Of a stretch of DNA of 64,000 nucleotides, positions 1 to 10,010 are shown in pieces. The DNA is from Nitrosopumilaceae archaeon (GTDB taxonomy: Archaea > Thermoproteota > Nitrososphaeria > Nitrososphaerales > Nitrosopumilaceae): NCBI GenBank assembly GCA_965208905.1, contig OZ242365.1:1888001-1952000 (forward strand), written 5' to 3'. Within the stretch, counting starts at the first letter, position 1. The number at the start of each line of letters is the position of its first letter. The notes under the pieces were generated by a model that was not told where the DNA came from, did not search any database, and saw only the letters and a program-made list of their open reading frames with translations. The position numbers and the translations under genes were made by a program.

Positions 1-820
1 AAACATCCCAGGAGGAGATGTCCTGATTGAAGGAGGTGGCGCCAGAGAACATGCCGGCCATGCGGGTCACCGAGGATACGTCCCAGTCTCCGATGTCCTG
101 ATCGAACCTGGCAGTGTCGCTGAACATGTATTCCATGTCGGTCACCGAGGAAACATCCCAGGAGGAGATGTCCTGATTGAAGGAGGTGGCGTTATGGAAC
201 ATGTAGTCCATGACCCTGACCGAGGAAACATCCCAGGAGGAGATATCACCGTTAAAGGAGGCTGCATCCTGGAACATTTCAGACATATCGGTAACCGAAG
301 ATACGTCCCAGGAGGAGATATTCTGATCGAACCTGTCGGCGCCGCGGAACATGCCGGCCATGCTGGTAACCGAGGATACGTCCCAGGAGGAGATATTCTG
401 ATCGAACCTGTCGGCGCCGCGGAACATGCCGGCCATGCTGGTAACCGAGGATACGTCCCAGGAGGAGATATTCTGATCGAACCTGTCGGCGCCGCGGAAC
501 ATGCCGGCCATGCTGGTAACCGAGGATACGTCCCAGGAGGAGATATCACCGTTAAAGGAGGCTGCATCCTGGAACATTTCAGACATATCGGTAACCGAAG
601 ATACGTCCCAGGAGGAGATATCACCGTTAAAGGAGGCTGCATCCTGGAACATTTCAGACATATCGGTAACCGAAGATACGTCCCAGGAGGAGATATCACC
701 GTTAAAGGAGGCTGCATCCTGGAACATTTCAGACATATCGGTAACCGAGGATACGTCCCAGGAGGAGATATCACCGTTAAAGGAGGCTGCATCCTGGAAC
801 ATTTCAGACATATCGGTAAC
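1..820. repeat. 75-bp coding tandem repeat array (about 11 units) of the DUF285 domain
   Basis: GATACGTCCCAGGAGGAGAT-like motif recurs every 75 bp; blocks of near-identical units. Confidence 0.95.
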
Positions 821-2362
821 GTGCGAGAGATCTGGGGTGTCGGTCGCTGTGTAGACCATGTTGACGGCATTTTGAAAGGCAGACCTCATGGTCGTCCACG
901 ACACATCACCCCACTGATCTATTGACACGAGCTTGGGCGCATCCGAGTGGCTATCCAGCGAGATAGCTTGGAGTCCGCCGTAGACTGAGATCTGGTATGT
1001 GCCGGGATTAGTGTAAGTGTGGGTTGCAGTTCCCGGGACAGCAGTGCTGTTGGTGCCGTCGCCCCAATGAACAGTCATGTCGGATCCCACAAGAGGAATG
1101 GAAATAGCCTGGTTGCCGGCATCGGTCTTCCAAGTGGTGATAAACGGGCTCTGGTCCAGCGCCTGTTGAGTGCGTGCTGCCTCTGAACCACCAAAGATGT
1201 CCAAGTCATGGCCTTTTTGGTTTTTTACGTCGCACGAGCTGCCGTCAGCCGTCTCGTATGATATGCTGACCAGCGCTGAATCCGCATACGGAAGCGTGCC
1301 GCTCACCATCAAGTCGGCGCCGGAGAAGGATATCGGGTAGGCTGCATCAACTAGGGTCCCATTGATGTTGAAACCTATCTGTACATCGGGGATTTTGTCC
1401 CGGGACCCGTCTATGAATGTAAGGTCAAATTTGGAGAATAATATGAGGTGCTCCTGCCAGCCGTCCACGCTAACGTCTATGCCGGTTATATTCGTCGAGG
1501 TGTCGCCACAGGATACGGTCACGGCAAAGTTGCGCAGTATCTCGGACATGTCAAGATCTATGGCCGCCGTGACGGTGCCGTTCTGGGAATGTGTACTGGT
1601 GATGATGGCGCCGGTCGGCCGGGGATCGTCCATGTCTGCGATATCTATGATCTGTACATTGCCGCCGTCGTACCGGGTGGTGACCACCGCGTACGTCCTG
1701 CTGGATATCTCCGCTATTGCGACGTCATTGGCCCCGTCCAGCGCCGTGAACCCGTCCATCCCGTCGGTTGCCGCGGCTACCCAGATAGGAAAGTGCGGCC
1801 TGGTGATGTCTATGATCTGTACGTCGTCGTCGGTCCTGACGGTGACCACCGCGTACGTCCTGCCGGATATCTCAGCTATTGCAACACCACCGGCCCCGTC
1901 TCCTCCCAGTGTATCAAACTCAGCTACCGGTACGGGCGAGGCCGGAACTGTAATGTCTATGATCTGCACGCCGTTATAGAAGTCCCCGGAAGTGACCACC
2001 GCGTACGTCCTGCCTGATATCTCCGCTATCGCGACATTCCTGGCCACATTCAGCGCCGTGAACCCGTCCACCCCGTCGGTTGCCGCGGCCACCGGTACGG
2101 GCGAGGCCGGGACGGTGATGTCTATGATCTGCACGCCGTCGTCGGTCCGGGCGGTGACCACCGCGTACGTCCTGCCGGATATCTCCGCTATCGCGACGCC
2201 ATTGGCCCCGTCCAGCGCCGTAAACCCATCCACCTCGTCGGAGATGGCGGCTACCGGAGAAACGACCAGGTTCGCCTCGGCCCCACCGATAACAAAGCCG
2301 ATTGTCGCTAGGGCCATCAAAATCACCATGGCCATCATTGCCAGCGTGCGACATTCTTGCAT
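1..2362 (-). CDS. Secreted/surface repeat protein, 3'-partial: signal peptide, LVIVD-like repeats, PKD-like domain, DUF285/BspA-type 25-aa repeats
   Basis: ATG at 2362 ([30 protein letters not shown]), repeats [28 protein letters not shown], and repeats [20 protein letters not shown] in the same frame; runs off the window, so absent from the ORF track. Confidence 0.85.
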   Translation of the reverse strand, partial: MQECRTLAMMAMVILMALATIGFVIGGAEANLVVSPVAAISDEVDGFTALDGANGVAIAEISGRTYAVVTARTDDGVQIIDITVPASPVPVAAATDGVDGFTALNVARNVAIAEISGRTYAVVTSGDFYNGVQIIDITVPASPVPVAEFDTLGGDGAGGVAIAEISGRTYAVVTVRTDDDVQIIDITRPHFPIWVAAATDGMDGFTALDGANDVAIAEISSRTYAVVTTRYDGGNVQIIDIADMDDPRPTGAIITSTHSQNGTVTAAIDLDMSEILRNFAVTVSCGDTSTNITGIDVSVDGWQEHLILFSKFDLTFIDGSRDKIPDVQIGFNINGTLVDAAYPISFSGADLMVSGTLPYADSALVSISYETADGSSCDVKNQKGHDLDIFGGSEAARTQQALDQSPFITTWKTDAGNQAISIPLVGSDMTVHWGDGTNSTAVPGTATHTYTNPGTYQISVYGGLQAISLDSHSDAPKLVSIDQWGDVSWTTMRSAFQNAVNMVYTATDTPDLSHVTDMSEMFQDAASFNGDISSWDVSSVTDMSEMFQDAASFNGDISSWDVSSVTDMSEMFQDAASFNGDISSWDVSSVTDMSEMFQDAASFNGDISSWDVSSVTSMAGMFRGADRFDQNISSWDVSSVTSMAGMFRGADRFDQNISSWDVSSVTSMAGMFRGADRFDQNISSWDVSSVTDMSEMFQDAASFNGDISSWDVSSVRVMDYMFHNATSFNQDISSWDVSSVTDMEYMFSDTARFDQDIGDWDVSSVTRMAGMFSGATSFNQDISSWDV

Positions 2363-2499
2363 AAATAGGGTTTTTTTCACCATCAGTGATAACCATTACT
2401 GAACGGGTGGGGTTGTTGCGTAATTCCATCTGATCTTGTTCTCTCACATACTCCACCGTATTTTTACCGACGGAGTGGTATGACCTGCACGATCATGCG

Positions 2500-2725
2500 T
2501 ACTAGCGGACAATCGGATCCGATAGTCTATCAAACGAAGGGCAACACTCACGTAGTTTTTATCAAAGTCTGATGGGTTTGGTGCGGTCAGCAGTACAGGG
2601 GCGGGAAAATGTGTCTGATCTTCGTGTTTTGGTAGGTCGTATCGTAGAACTACCCGGATGTGGGGCAAATTCGTCGATTCAGGCCATCGCGCCCAAAATC
2701 TATCGGATCCTATTGTCTGCTAGTA
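2500..2725. mobile_element. MITE of about 222 bp with 24-bp TIRs and flanking TA (IS630/Tc1-like signature)
   Basis: TA-CTAGCGGACAATCGGATCCGATAG ... CTATCGGATCCTATTGTCTGCTAG-TA; related single ends at 17035-17103 and 39689-39790. Confidence 0.85.
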
Positions 2726-2777
2726 CTCATAAACTCTGGTAGTCTAGTTAAATACTAATTATTCAACTATTTGATGA

Positions 2778-5700
2778 TTGAAGATAGTAGTTGGAATTTT
2801 AGTGGTGATGGCTGTACTGCCTGTAGCTGCACATGCCCAGCTGACGTCGGCCGAATATACAGTAAATACTGGCGAGATGAGCCTAAACTTTGATACACCA
2901 TATGACACGCTTAGCATACTGCTCAGTCGTATACAGATAACCGACGGGACTGAAAATGTTACAGCCTCGTTCAACGACTTTGTCCGGGCGCGGCCAGGCA
3001 TATTATATCTGAATATGGACACCGAAAAGATGAATACTATAAACAACATGAGTAATCCAATCTTAGTAATGAATGAGGGCGCCGTCAAGTTCGGCGGCGT
3101 AAATAATGTTGCGCAAAGTGTGCCCCTGACTGGAATTATACAGGTGGGCGCCGTCATACCCAAAGGCAATGAAGACATACTCTCTGTGGCGGAGCTGTCC
3201 GTTGATCATTTTAATCATGTATTGGAACAGCATGATGCTCTCTGGAGACTGGAGATGGTTTTGAAGGATTACGATGATCAGATACTGTCATTGTTGGAGC
3301 TGCAACAAGCAAACATTCACGTGGCGATTGGTACTGAGAGCCTTCTGGCAAAGAATAGAATTGCGCAGCTGGGTATGACTGTAATAGCATGTTGTGCCGC
3401 CCATACAGACTATGATATAGTACATGCTGACCCGTTATCTTTTGCCATAATACCAGATGATGACCATGCTCTGGAAGCTACAATTGCCTTGATGAACGAG
3501 AGAGGAGTGAATCGCATACTGCCGGTGTATCCGGCAGATGATCGACATGTGCTTGATCGTATAGACCATCTGGCGCAAACAGCAGTGGCTGAGGGCATAC
3601 AGTATAACCTTCTGCATAGTGGCGAGGATATCGCCTCGTATGTGTCCAATGCTGTAGTGTCCGATTTGATGTCGGTGCCTGGCATTAGACTTGGTGTGCT
3701 ATTGACCGATACCGAAGATGCTCCACGAATACTGGAGGCTGCCTCCAAAGACCGGTCACTGACTCGCGTAATGTGGTTTGGTCAAAGTCCGAACGATGAC
3801 ATACTGAACAACTCTAATGCTACATCCTTTGCGCAAGAGGTGGACTATTCGGTACCACATCCTTCCGGCCTGGAGAATCCAGTTACAGTATCATTGGACT
3901 CTCATGTGTATAACACACTATACCGCGTACCAGACCCAACTGCCTTTGGTGCTTATGATGTAGTTCAGATAGTGGGACTTGCAATACTTGGTGATGTAAA
4001 TATACACAAGAGTGCGGTTGATACGTTTGGGAGTTTGAACTTTGCAGCTGAGGATGTTGCCAGCGCAATTCCAGAGATATCTGGCGCATATGGTGGGTAC
4101 ACAACATATACTGGTCTGGATGAGAGTGGGGGGCTTACGGCTCCCGTGTACCAAATACAGACTATACGAGACGATGATTGGGTTCGAATAGGCATGTATA
4201 ATAATCCAAAACATACGTCAAGTGGAGCAATATCGTTTGGAGATACAATACTCCCGCATACACAATACACTGCAGGAGAGCCACTAGTCCATGATGTAGT
4301 TCCTGTCGGCTTACTGGTGCACGAGTACGATGCTCATGCGGCCGGCCTTGCCGCTCGTATGGGATTGGCACTAATGAATGATGAATATACACTAGTCGTG
4401 GATGATGTTACTAATGATGACATCGAATCCAGCATGAATCTCTTTAATGATGTGGGCATTCCAATAGTTCTTGTACATGCACCTGAACTATCCATGCTTG
4501 AGGCATCCCAATATGCGCAAAATAATGACATGTTGATAATCGGTACAGCATCAACGACAAGAATATTTGCTACACCAAACGATGACACCTTCCGCATGTT
4601 GCCATCTGATGTATGGCAGGCAAAGGCGCTGGCAGGTATAATGCAACACGACAACATACAGGGTGTTGTGGCCATCTATCCTGATAGTCCCGAAATACGT
4701 CTACTACTTGAGGATGTGGCTACCGAGTTTACCGGGGAGATAGATATGACGCATTCGTATGATGATGTAAACAATGCAATGAGTGATGCAGCTGCGTCCA
4801 TACGGAGTATGGCAGACAAGTATGGCACCGGGAGTACGGCAGTCTTAGTTATGGCAGGTGATGACACTGCTGATATAATGAATGCCGCAAGAGGTACTGC
4901 CAAACAGGTGAACTGGTATGGCTCACTGGGAATGGCTGGTTCACATAAGATACAAAATGAGGCTACTGACATGATAAACCTCGCTGCAATATCACCAGCA
5001 ATGTCGGATGGTGGACCTGCACAGATTATACTTGATTCATTATCTAGTACACAACTACCCATGTATTCGGCAAGTCTGTTTGAAGCTGCCAGATTGGCGG
5101 GAGCAGCCATGACTGAATCTGACTCCAATACCAGCATAGCCCGAGCCATATTGCCCTCGATAGCCGATGGGGCTGGCTTGATCTTTGATCATACGACTTT
5201 GGATGGGAATGGAGACTTGGCATCCAACGCATATGATATATGGCGATTAGATGATAATATGTGGACTCGTGACTCCGCGTATGATGCCACAGGTGGCTAT
5301 ACAACCAAGATCCCCATAGGGGTCATGACTCCACTGACAGGCCCGGATACGCAACGGGGCATACAACAGATGTGGGGGGCTCATTTGGCAATATCGGCAC
5401 AAAACGATATGCTGAAACAGGATGGCATGCCATGGAGACTGTCACAGAGAGTGGTGGATACTGCTACGGTCCCCAATGTGGCGCTGGATGCCGCACGCAC
5501 ACTGCATAATTCGAACATACAGGTTGCATTAGGTCCTCCTGATGCAGCATCAATGGACATGATAGGTGAATTTGGTATAGATAATGACTTTACAGTCGTA
5601 TCTTGCTGCTCGCACACACTGAATGTCAACCATACAGGCACAACATCTCTGGGCTCCACACAGATACATCAGTTCCTAACTATTATGCACATGCTGAATG

Positions 5701-6377
5701 ATGATCAAATAACAAGTCTTTTGATTATACAGTCCAATAACAATACTACAGATATAATACTGAACAATATAATATCTAATTTTAATGGCCTACTAAATGT
5801 GCAAAGGTATGCGGCCAACGATACGTACAGCCAAATAACGACCAGTGCTGAATCCACAATCTCTGGCATGCTGAATTCATACAGCAGCTCATCGGTGGGA
5901 GTGTTACTGTTGACGTATGATGATGCAGCATCAATTCTTGAGGCGGCATTACACCAGAACAATCTGCAGTATGTCAATTGGTATGGACTATCTGTCGATG
6001 GTGCATTGCCTTCCATACTCTCAAGTCCAGATGCCGTAACAACAGCGACGAATACCAACTTTGCTGTGGCCACGCCGGCCATACCACAAGATGTCTCTGA
6101 ACTAACATTAGAACTACAAACATCTATGGGATTTACCCCATCATCTGATGCCTATCTGATGTATGATGCGGCAACACTATTGTCAACTACCATAATACGA
6201 TTGAACGGTAACTCCGCGGCTTCCGCTGTTGCTGAAATAATGCCATTACTGGCACAAGATATGGTTGGCATAACAGGTCTGCTGACCCCTGATGTAAATA
6301 ATCAAAGACTGCACATCTCTCATGATGTGTGGAGTATTGTTGGTGGCGAGTGGCGATTACAAAAAACCATACCATAA
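2778..6377 (+). CDS. Large secreted protein with tandem type-1 periplasmic-binding (branched-chain amino acid SBP-like) domains
   Basis: Signal peptide; three repeated lobes with motifs such as IPIGVMTPLTG, FRMLPSD..Q, AYD.V, LD.NGD...YDIW. Confidence 0.7.
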   Translation: MKIVVGILVVMAVLPVAAHAQLTSAEYTVNTGEMSLNFDTPYDTLSILLSRIQITDGTENVTASFNDFVRARPGILYLNMDTEKMNTINNMSNPILVMNEGAVKFGGVNNVAQSVPLTGIIQVGAVIPKGNEDILSVAELSVDHFNHVLEQHDALWRLEMVLKDYDDQILSLLELQQANIHVAIGTESLLAKNRIAQLGMTVIACCAAHTDYDIVHADPLSFAIIPDDDHALEATIALMNERGVNRILPVYPADDRHVLDRIDHLAQTAVAEGIQYNLLHSGEDIASYVSNAVVSDLMSVPGIRLGVLLTDTEDAPRILEAASKDRSLTRVMWFGQSPNDDILNNSNATSFAQEVDYSVPHPSGLENPVTVSLDSHVYNTLYRVPDPTAFGAYDVVQIVGLAILGDVNIHKSAVDTFGSLNFAAEDVASAIPEISGAYGGYTTYTGLDESGGLTAPVYQIQTIRDDDWVRIGMYNNPKHTSSGAISFGDTILPHTQYTAGEPLVHDVVPVGLLVHEYDAHAAGLAARMGLALMNDEYTLVVDDVTNDDIESSMNLFNDVGIPIVLVHAPELSMLEASQYAQNNDMLIIGTASTTRIFATPNDDTFRMLPSDVWQAKALAGIMQHDNIQGVVAIYPDSPEIRLLLEDVATEFTGEIDMTHSYDDVNNAMSDAAASIRSMADKYGTGSTAVLVMAGDDTADIMNAARGTAKQVNWYGSLGMAGSHKIQNEATDMINLAAISPAMSDGGPAQIILDSLSSTQLPMYSASLFEAARLAGAAMTESDSNTSIARAILPSIADGAGLIFDHTTLDGNGDLASNAYDIWRLDDNMWTRDSAYDATGGYTTKIPIGVMTPLTGPDTQRGIQQMWGAHLAISAQNDMLKQDGMPWRLSQRVVDTATVPNVALDAARTLHNSNIQVALGPPDAASMDMIGEFGIDNDFTVVSCCSHTLNVNHTGTTSLGSTQIHQFLTIMHMLNDDQITSLLIIQSNNNTTDIILNNIISNFNGLLNVQRYAANDTYSQITTSAESTISGMLNSYSSSSVGVLLLTYDDAASILEAALHQNNLQYVNWYGLSVDGALPSILSSPDAVTTATNTNFAVATPAIPQDVSELTLELQTSMGFTPSSDAYLMYDAATLLSTTIIRLNGNSAASAVAEIMPLLAQDMVGITGLLTPDVNNQRLHISHDVWSIVGGEWRLQKTIP

Positions 6378-6750
6378 CGATGACTCGTATTTTGTCTCCA
6401 AAGTTAGCAACACAAATTGTACAATGCAGATGACTTTGTCCCGTAGCTGGACCTTGTATATCGTTTGGTGGTTCTATTGCAGCAATGCGTCTGTGATGTG
6501 CATACTCGCATCTGGACCACACAACATTACTCTTGTACACCGCACCCTATAGGTCATCTATTGGAGTCTTAATTTGATCATACTTCTTGTACATTGTAAC
6601 TCTACTATCCGTTGCTTTTTTGGCTTCCTGTACCCTACATATATCATAATTATTACTAGCATTTAAAATCATTAATTGAATTTTGTTGACTATTCTCCAA
6701 ACTTGTAGGGGCCGAACCTTAATGACACAAGATTTTTTAATAAGACTTTT

Positions 6751-7245
6751 GTGTTAACTACTATGATTCCAAGATTTGTACCAGAGGGTAAAAAATTTTT
6801 ACCAAAGGTAACAATGCAAAAATTACGAAGCTTACATAAGAAAGAAAAATCAGAGAAGCGTAAACGATATTATGTTGCAGCCATAAAGCGAAAAGAAGGG
6901 CTATCAGTTAGGGAGATAGCTGATGATGTCAATATGAGCGTCGCTACCATAAGTACGTGGTTGCGGAATATGTCAACACGCGGCGATGCCGAAGGTTATG
7001 GAACCAGACAAGGGAGACCGCCAAAGTTTACCCCCGAACAACTAAAGGAACTAAGTGTTGATATGAAAAAATCCCCATCAGCATATGGTCTGGATTCTGC
7101 CAGTTGGACATCTCCTGTCGTGGCACAGTATGCCCTTCAAAAGTTTAATGTTGAAATTACACCAGGTTCAATGCGTCGCATTCTGGTACGTAAACACATA
7201 GACTGGCCCGGTTCAGCAGAAGCGATGCGAGCAAGACAAAAGTAA
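6751..7245 (+). CDS. IS630-type winged-HTH protein (OrfA-like, no DDE domain)
   Basis: SVREIA..VNMS.ATISTW, GRPPKFT, WT...V...KF.V.....MRRIL pattern; clean stop followed by AT-rich DNA. Confidence 0.7.
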   Translation: MLTTMIPRFVPEGKKFLPKVTMQKLRSLHKKEKSEKRKRYYVAAIKRKEGLSVREIADDVNMSVATISTWLRNMSTRGDAEGYGTRQGRPPKFTPEQLKELSVDMKKSPSAYGLDSASWTSPVVAQYALQKFNVEITPGSMRRILVRKHIDWPGSAEAMRARQK

Positions 7246-7579
7246 ATAATCTTTAAAATTCTTTTACATTAAATTTATTTTTGTGTGTATAATATTAATT
7301 AATAATTTCTGTATATTAAATGTGAAATTAATATCGAGCCAAATTTCGACTTGGACAATAATTATTTAATTTTATTGATATTTTTTTATAATAATTAATT
7401 ATATCATACTAAAAGTGCAAAGTGTTAGAGTCAGAACGCCAAATCAAAGTTGTGTTGCGCAGTGGGTTATGCTAAAGTATGACGTCAAATCAAAGATATT
7501 ATACAATTGCCGGTTGAAGATGATATCATTATGTATTATAGACAAAATATATAGTTCTGGGCTTTGTGGGTTATGGGAA

Positions 7580-8932
7580 TTATATACAAAAGTACACAGC
7601 TTCGGCTGTACACTCATGCCTTTTCTGACGACTTCGTTGTATGGAGTGGAGCATAGAAGGTGTTGGCTTGTAGTCCTCCTTATGCCCCGGCCGTCTTAGG
7701 ACGACGTTCCCCGCCGCCCTATACAGAATATTCCAGGCGGCATTGACATCCGCGTGGAATACCCTGGTACAATTAGTGCAAATGAATTTGTCGCGTGTGA
7801 CACGCGACTTAGCATCCACCGTACCACACACATGGCACGTCTGGCTCGTATATTTGGCCGATGCCCCCAACAGCGGTATGTTGTGCATCTCACACCACTG
7901 CGCAAGCTTGCGCAGGAACTCCCCAACATGGTTCTCCCGCATTGAACGGTTCATAGCGCGTTTGTAATTCCCGCCATGTGTGGTCATATCCTTTACGGAG
8001 AGCGATTCGACCACGACTGCGTCCATGCCATTAGTTATCTGCGCAATCGTCTGATTTATGGTGTTCGCAGCTATGTTGTTGGCCTTCCTGTATAGCCGCT
8101 TTATTTGATCATTCAATATATGCCACTTCCGGCCATGCCGTGTCTTGCGGTCGCGCAAACTCTTGAGAGCGTCAATCTCCCGCAGGATTGCTCTATGGCG
8201 GGTGTTGTGTATTGTGACGTTGCCGTCCGTATCTACCGTGACGGCGAGATGCTTGCCGCCCACATCAACGCCACGCATTACACCCGTAGTATGGTGCAGC
8301 TCGATCGGTATGCGTAACGCTATGTGCAGCTCAAACATGTGGTCGGACGGTTTGGTATGTTTAGTCACCTTCTTGGTGACATCGACTATCCTAAATGACC
8401 GCATGTCCCATGTTTTATAAATGGGTTTTGCGATCTCCACTGTACCGTAGCCGGAGATATGTACGGTGTGATCACCCTTCCGTACAGGCGGTGTAACGGA
8501 ACTAAGTATGATGCGGTCGTCTTTGCGGCGGTATGGCGCATGGCCGGAGTTGTCATCCATGACTCTCCTACATGCGACGGATGCATCTTGTATGGCGCCC
8601 CTGCCAAACACCATAGGCAAGTCAGATACCCATGCATGTTCAGCGCGCCACTCCGTAAGCTGCTTGAACATGCCGTACTTTAATGCTATCTTTGACGGCC
8701 CAAAATCATATGTATGGTAGTCATCGTCCAGCATACCTGATGTAAAATCCAGCTTGCCCGGTAGTTTGAAGGACTGCAGGATGTCCACTACCACCCTCTC
8801 CATATATTCGCCACCAAACAAATACTCTGATACGGCGCGGTTGTATGCATATCTTGACGCATGATTCGTGCGGTGCACCCACTCTGCAAACAACACATCC
8901 CTCCGTAGCGGTACCTTAACTATCCGTATCAT
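7580..8932 (-). CDS. tnpB: RNA-guided endonuclease TnpB family protein
   Basis: RuvC-I GVDVG, RuvC-II VVESL, zinc finger TSQTCHVCG..FICTNC, RuvC-III HADVNAAWNI. Confidence 0.93.
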   Translation of the reverse strand: MIRIVKVPLRRDVLFAEWVHRTNHASRYAYNRAVSEYLFGGEYMERVVVDILQSFKLPGKLDFTSGMLDDDYHTYDFGPSKIALKYGMFKQLTEWRAEHAWVSDLPMVFGRGAIQDASVACRRVMDDNSGHAPYRRKDDRIILSSVTPPVRKGDHTVHISGYGTVEIAKPIYKTWDMRSFRIVDVTKKVTKHTKPSDHMFELHIALRIPIELHHTTGVMRGVDVGGKHLAVTVDTDGNVTIHNTRHRAILREIDALKSLRDRKTRHGRKWHILNDQIKRLYRKANNIAANTINQTIAQITNGMDAVVVESLSVKDMTTHGGNYKRAMNRSMRENHVGEFLRKLAQWCEMHNIPLLGASAKYTSQTCHVCGTVDAKSRVTRDKFICTNCTRVFHADVNAAWNILYRAAGNVVLRRPGHKEDYKPTPSMLHSIQRSRQKRHECTAEAVYFCI

Positions 8933-8954
8933 AATATATAATACGGTATACTAG

Positions 8955-8962
8955 TATTTAAG
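8955..8962 (-). promoter_or_regulatory. Putative TATA box (CTTAAATA) for a leaderless tnpB transcript
   Basis: About 25 nt upstream of the ATG; the identical octamer lies at the same spacing before the second tnpB (60616-60623). Confidence 0.55.
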
Positions 8963-9209
8963 GGGAGTTGTATGGACGCGATCCGTGGTTCAGGCATTAA
9001 CTCTCAGAATCGGGGTTGTGTACTTTTGTATACGATTCCCAATATTATTGTACAAGGTGTATCGACAAGTCTGCCATGGAAGGTGTCAAGACACGGTGAC
9101 CTATAAGAATCTGTCAAAAAAGTGACCTGCACCAAACTTGACAACCATCTCCACACGAGGTTACCTTTTTGGCAATTCCTCACAGGTTACCATACATGTC
9201 TTATACCGG

Positions 9210-9404
9210 CTAAGTTGAATCCCGTAACCCTTCCAACCGACGTAATTCATCATGAAGTAGTCTAATTACATGTTCATCATTTTTTACAAAATTCTTGCAT
9301 TTGGCGAGATCTTGCCTGTGATCTATTATTTCATCATACTTCTCGGATATTATGGCGGCAACCTCATCACATTTTTTGATATCTTCTTTTATTTTATGGA
9401 GCAT
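9210..9404 (-). CDS. Small coiled-coil hypothetical protein (64 aa from ATG 9404; the ORF extends upstream to 9509)
   Basis: Helical, charged composition. Confidence 0.4.
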   Translation of the reverse strand: MLHKIKEDIKKCDEVAAIISEKYDEIIDHRQDLAKCKNFVKNDEHVIRLLHDELRRLEGLRDST

Positions 9405-9426
9405 GCGGTTCAGATGTTGGCGTATC

Positions 9427-9594
9427 TTAGTAATCTTCTCCGAAAGCTCGTCTGAAATCTTCTCCAACCTCTCGTACGAGCGCTGCACAACCACGTATCT
9501 GCTCAGCAAGACCCTCGGCTTCCGGTATATTGCGTGCCTCTATAGCGTCTGCCCTTCTCTCAAAATCACTCGCATATCTCTCTATCTCACTCAT
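9427..9594 (-). CDS. Small helical hypothetical protein (55 aa, not in the ORF track)
   Basis: Manual translation MSEIERYASDFERRADAIEARNIPEAEGLAEQIRGCAALVREVGEDFRRAFGEDY. Confidence 0.4.
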   Translation of the reverse strand: MSEIERYASDFERRADAIEARNIPEAEGLAEQIRGCAALVREVGEDFRRAFGEDY

Positions 9595-10010
9595 ACATTA
9601 CATATACCCACTATAACATAAAAACCATCACGCCGACACGGGACTGGTAAGAAGTGCTGACCTTCGTATGGTTGGAAAAGATCTAACGTCTGATTAGAAA
9701 GTTTGTAACCTGATGTATGGTACGCTCCGACCCGTTTCTGCCCCCACTAGGCACTACCTGAATTTCCACACCGAGTCACTTTTTTGACAGTTACTCATAG
9801 GTCACCATGTCTTGACACCGCCCTTGACACGGGTATGATTCTCCCTGTGGTTGGAGCAACCCTTTCTGGTACGCGGAAGGCTCATTATATCCCTCTGGAT
9901 GGTAGAAACACCAACAGCGTGTTATGTGTTTCAGATCGCTTGAAAGTGGTTTGATTACGCATAAACTCTACTCCTAAATCCTTAAAGCAAGTATGTAATT
10001 ATAGACAGAC

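Larger units (their letters stand above)
7574..9041 (-). mobile_element. Solo-TnpB element bounded by 25-bp inverted repeats
   Basis: 7574-7598 TGGGAATTATATACAAAAGTACACA vs reverse complement of 9017-9041 TGGGAATCGTATACAAAAGTACACA (23/25). Confidence 0.75.
9082..9819. mobile_element. 738-bp unit bounded by 45-bp inverted repeats (GTGACCT-iteron family) carrying small ORFs
   Basis: 9082-9126 GGTGTCAAGACACGGTGACCTATAAGAATCTGTCAAAAAAGTGAC vs reverse complement of 9775-9819 GGTGTCAAGACATGGTGACCTATGAGTAACTGTCAAAAAAGTGAC. Confidence 0.65.

Noticed and set aside
1-820. 75-bp periodic repeats as a CRISPR array
   Set aside because: In-frame coding repeats with no unique spacers and no cas genes
142-2456. 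ORF-track entries such as 142-870, 194-925, 1362-1979 and 1974-2456
   Set aside because: Shadow frames of the real minus-strand gene starting at 2362, which runs off the window
7246-7420. AT-rich tract as a replication origin unwinding element
   Set aside because: No flanking ORB-like boxes or cdc6 gene
7580-8932. TnpBs as nuclease-dead TldR-type repressors or Cas12f
   Set aside because: All three RuvC acidic residues are present in both proteins and there is no CRISPR array
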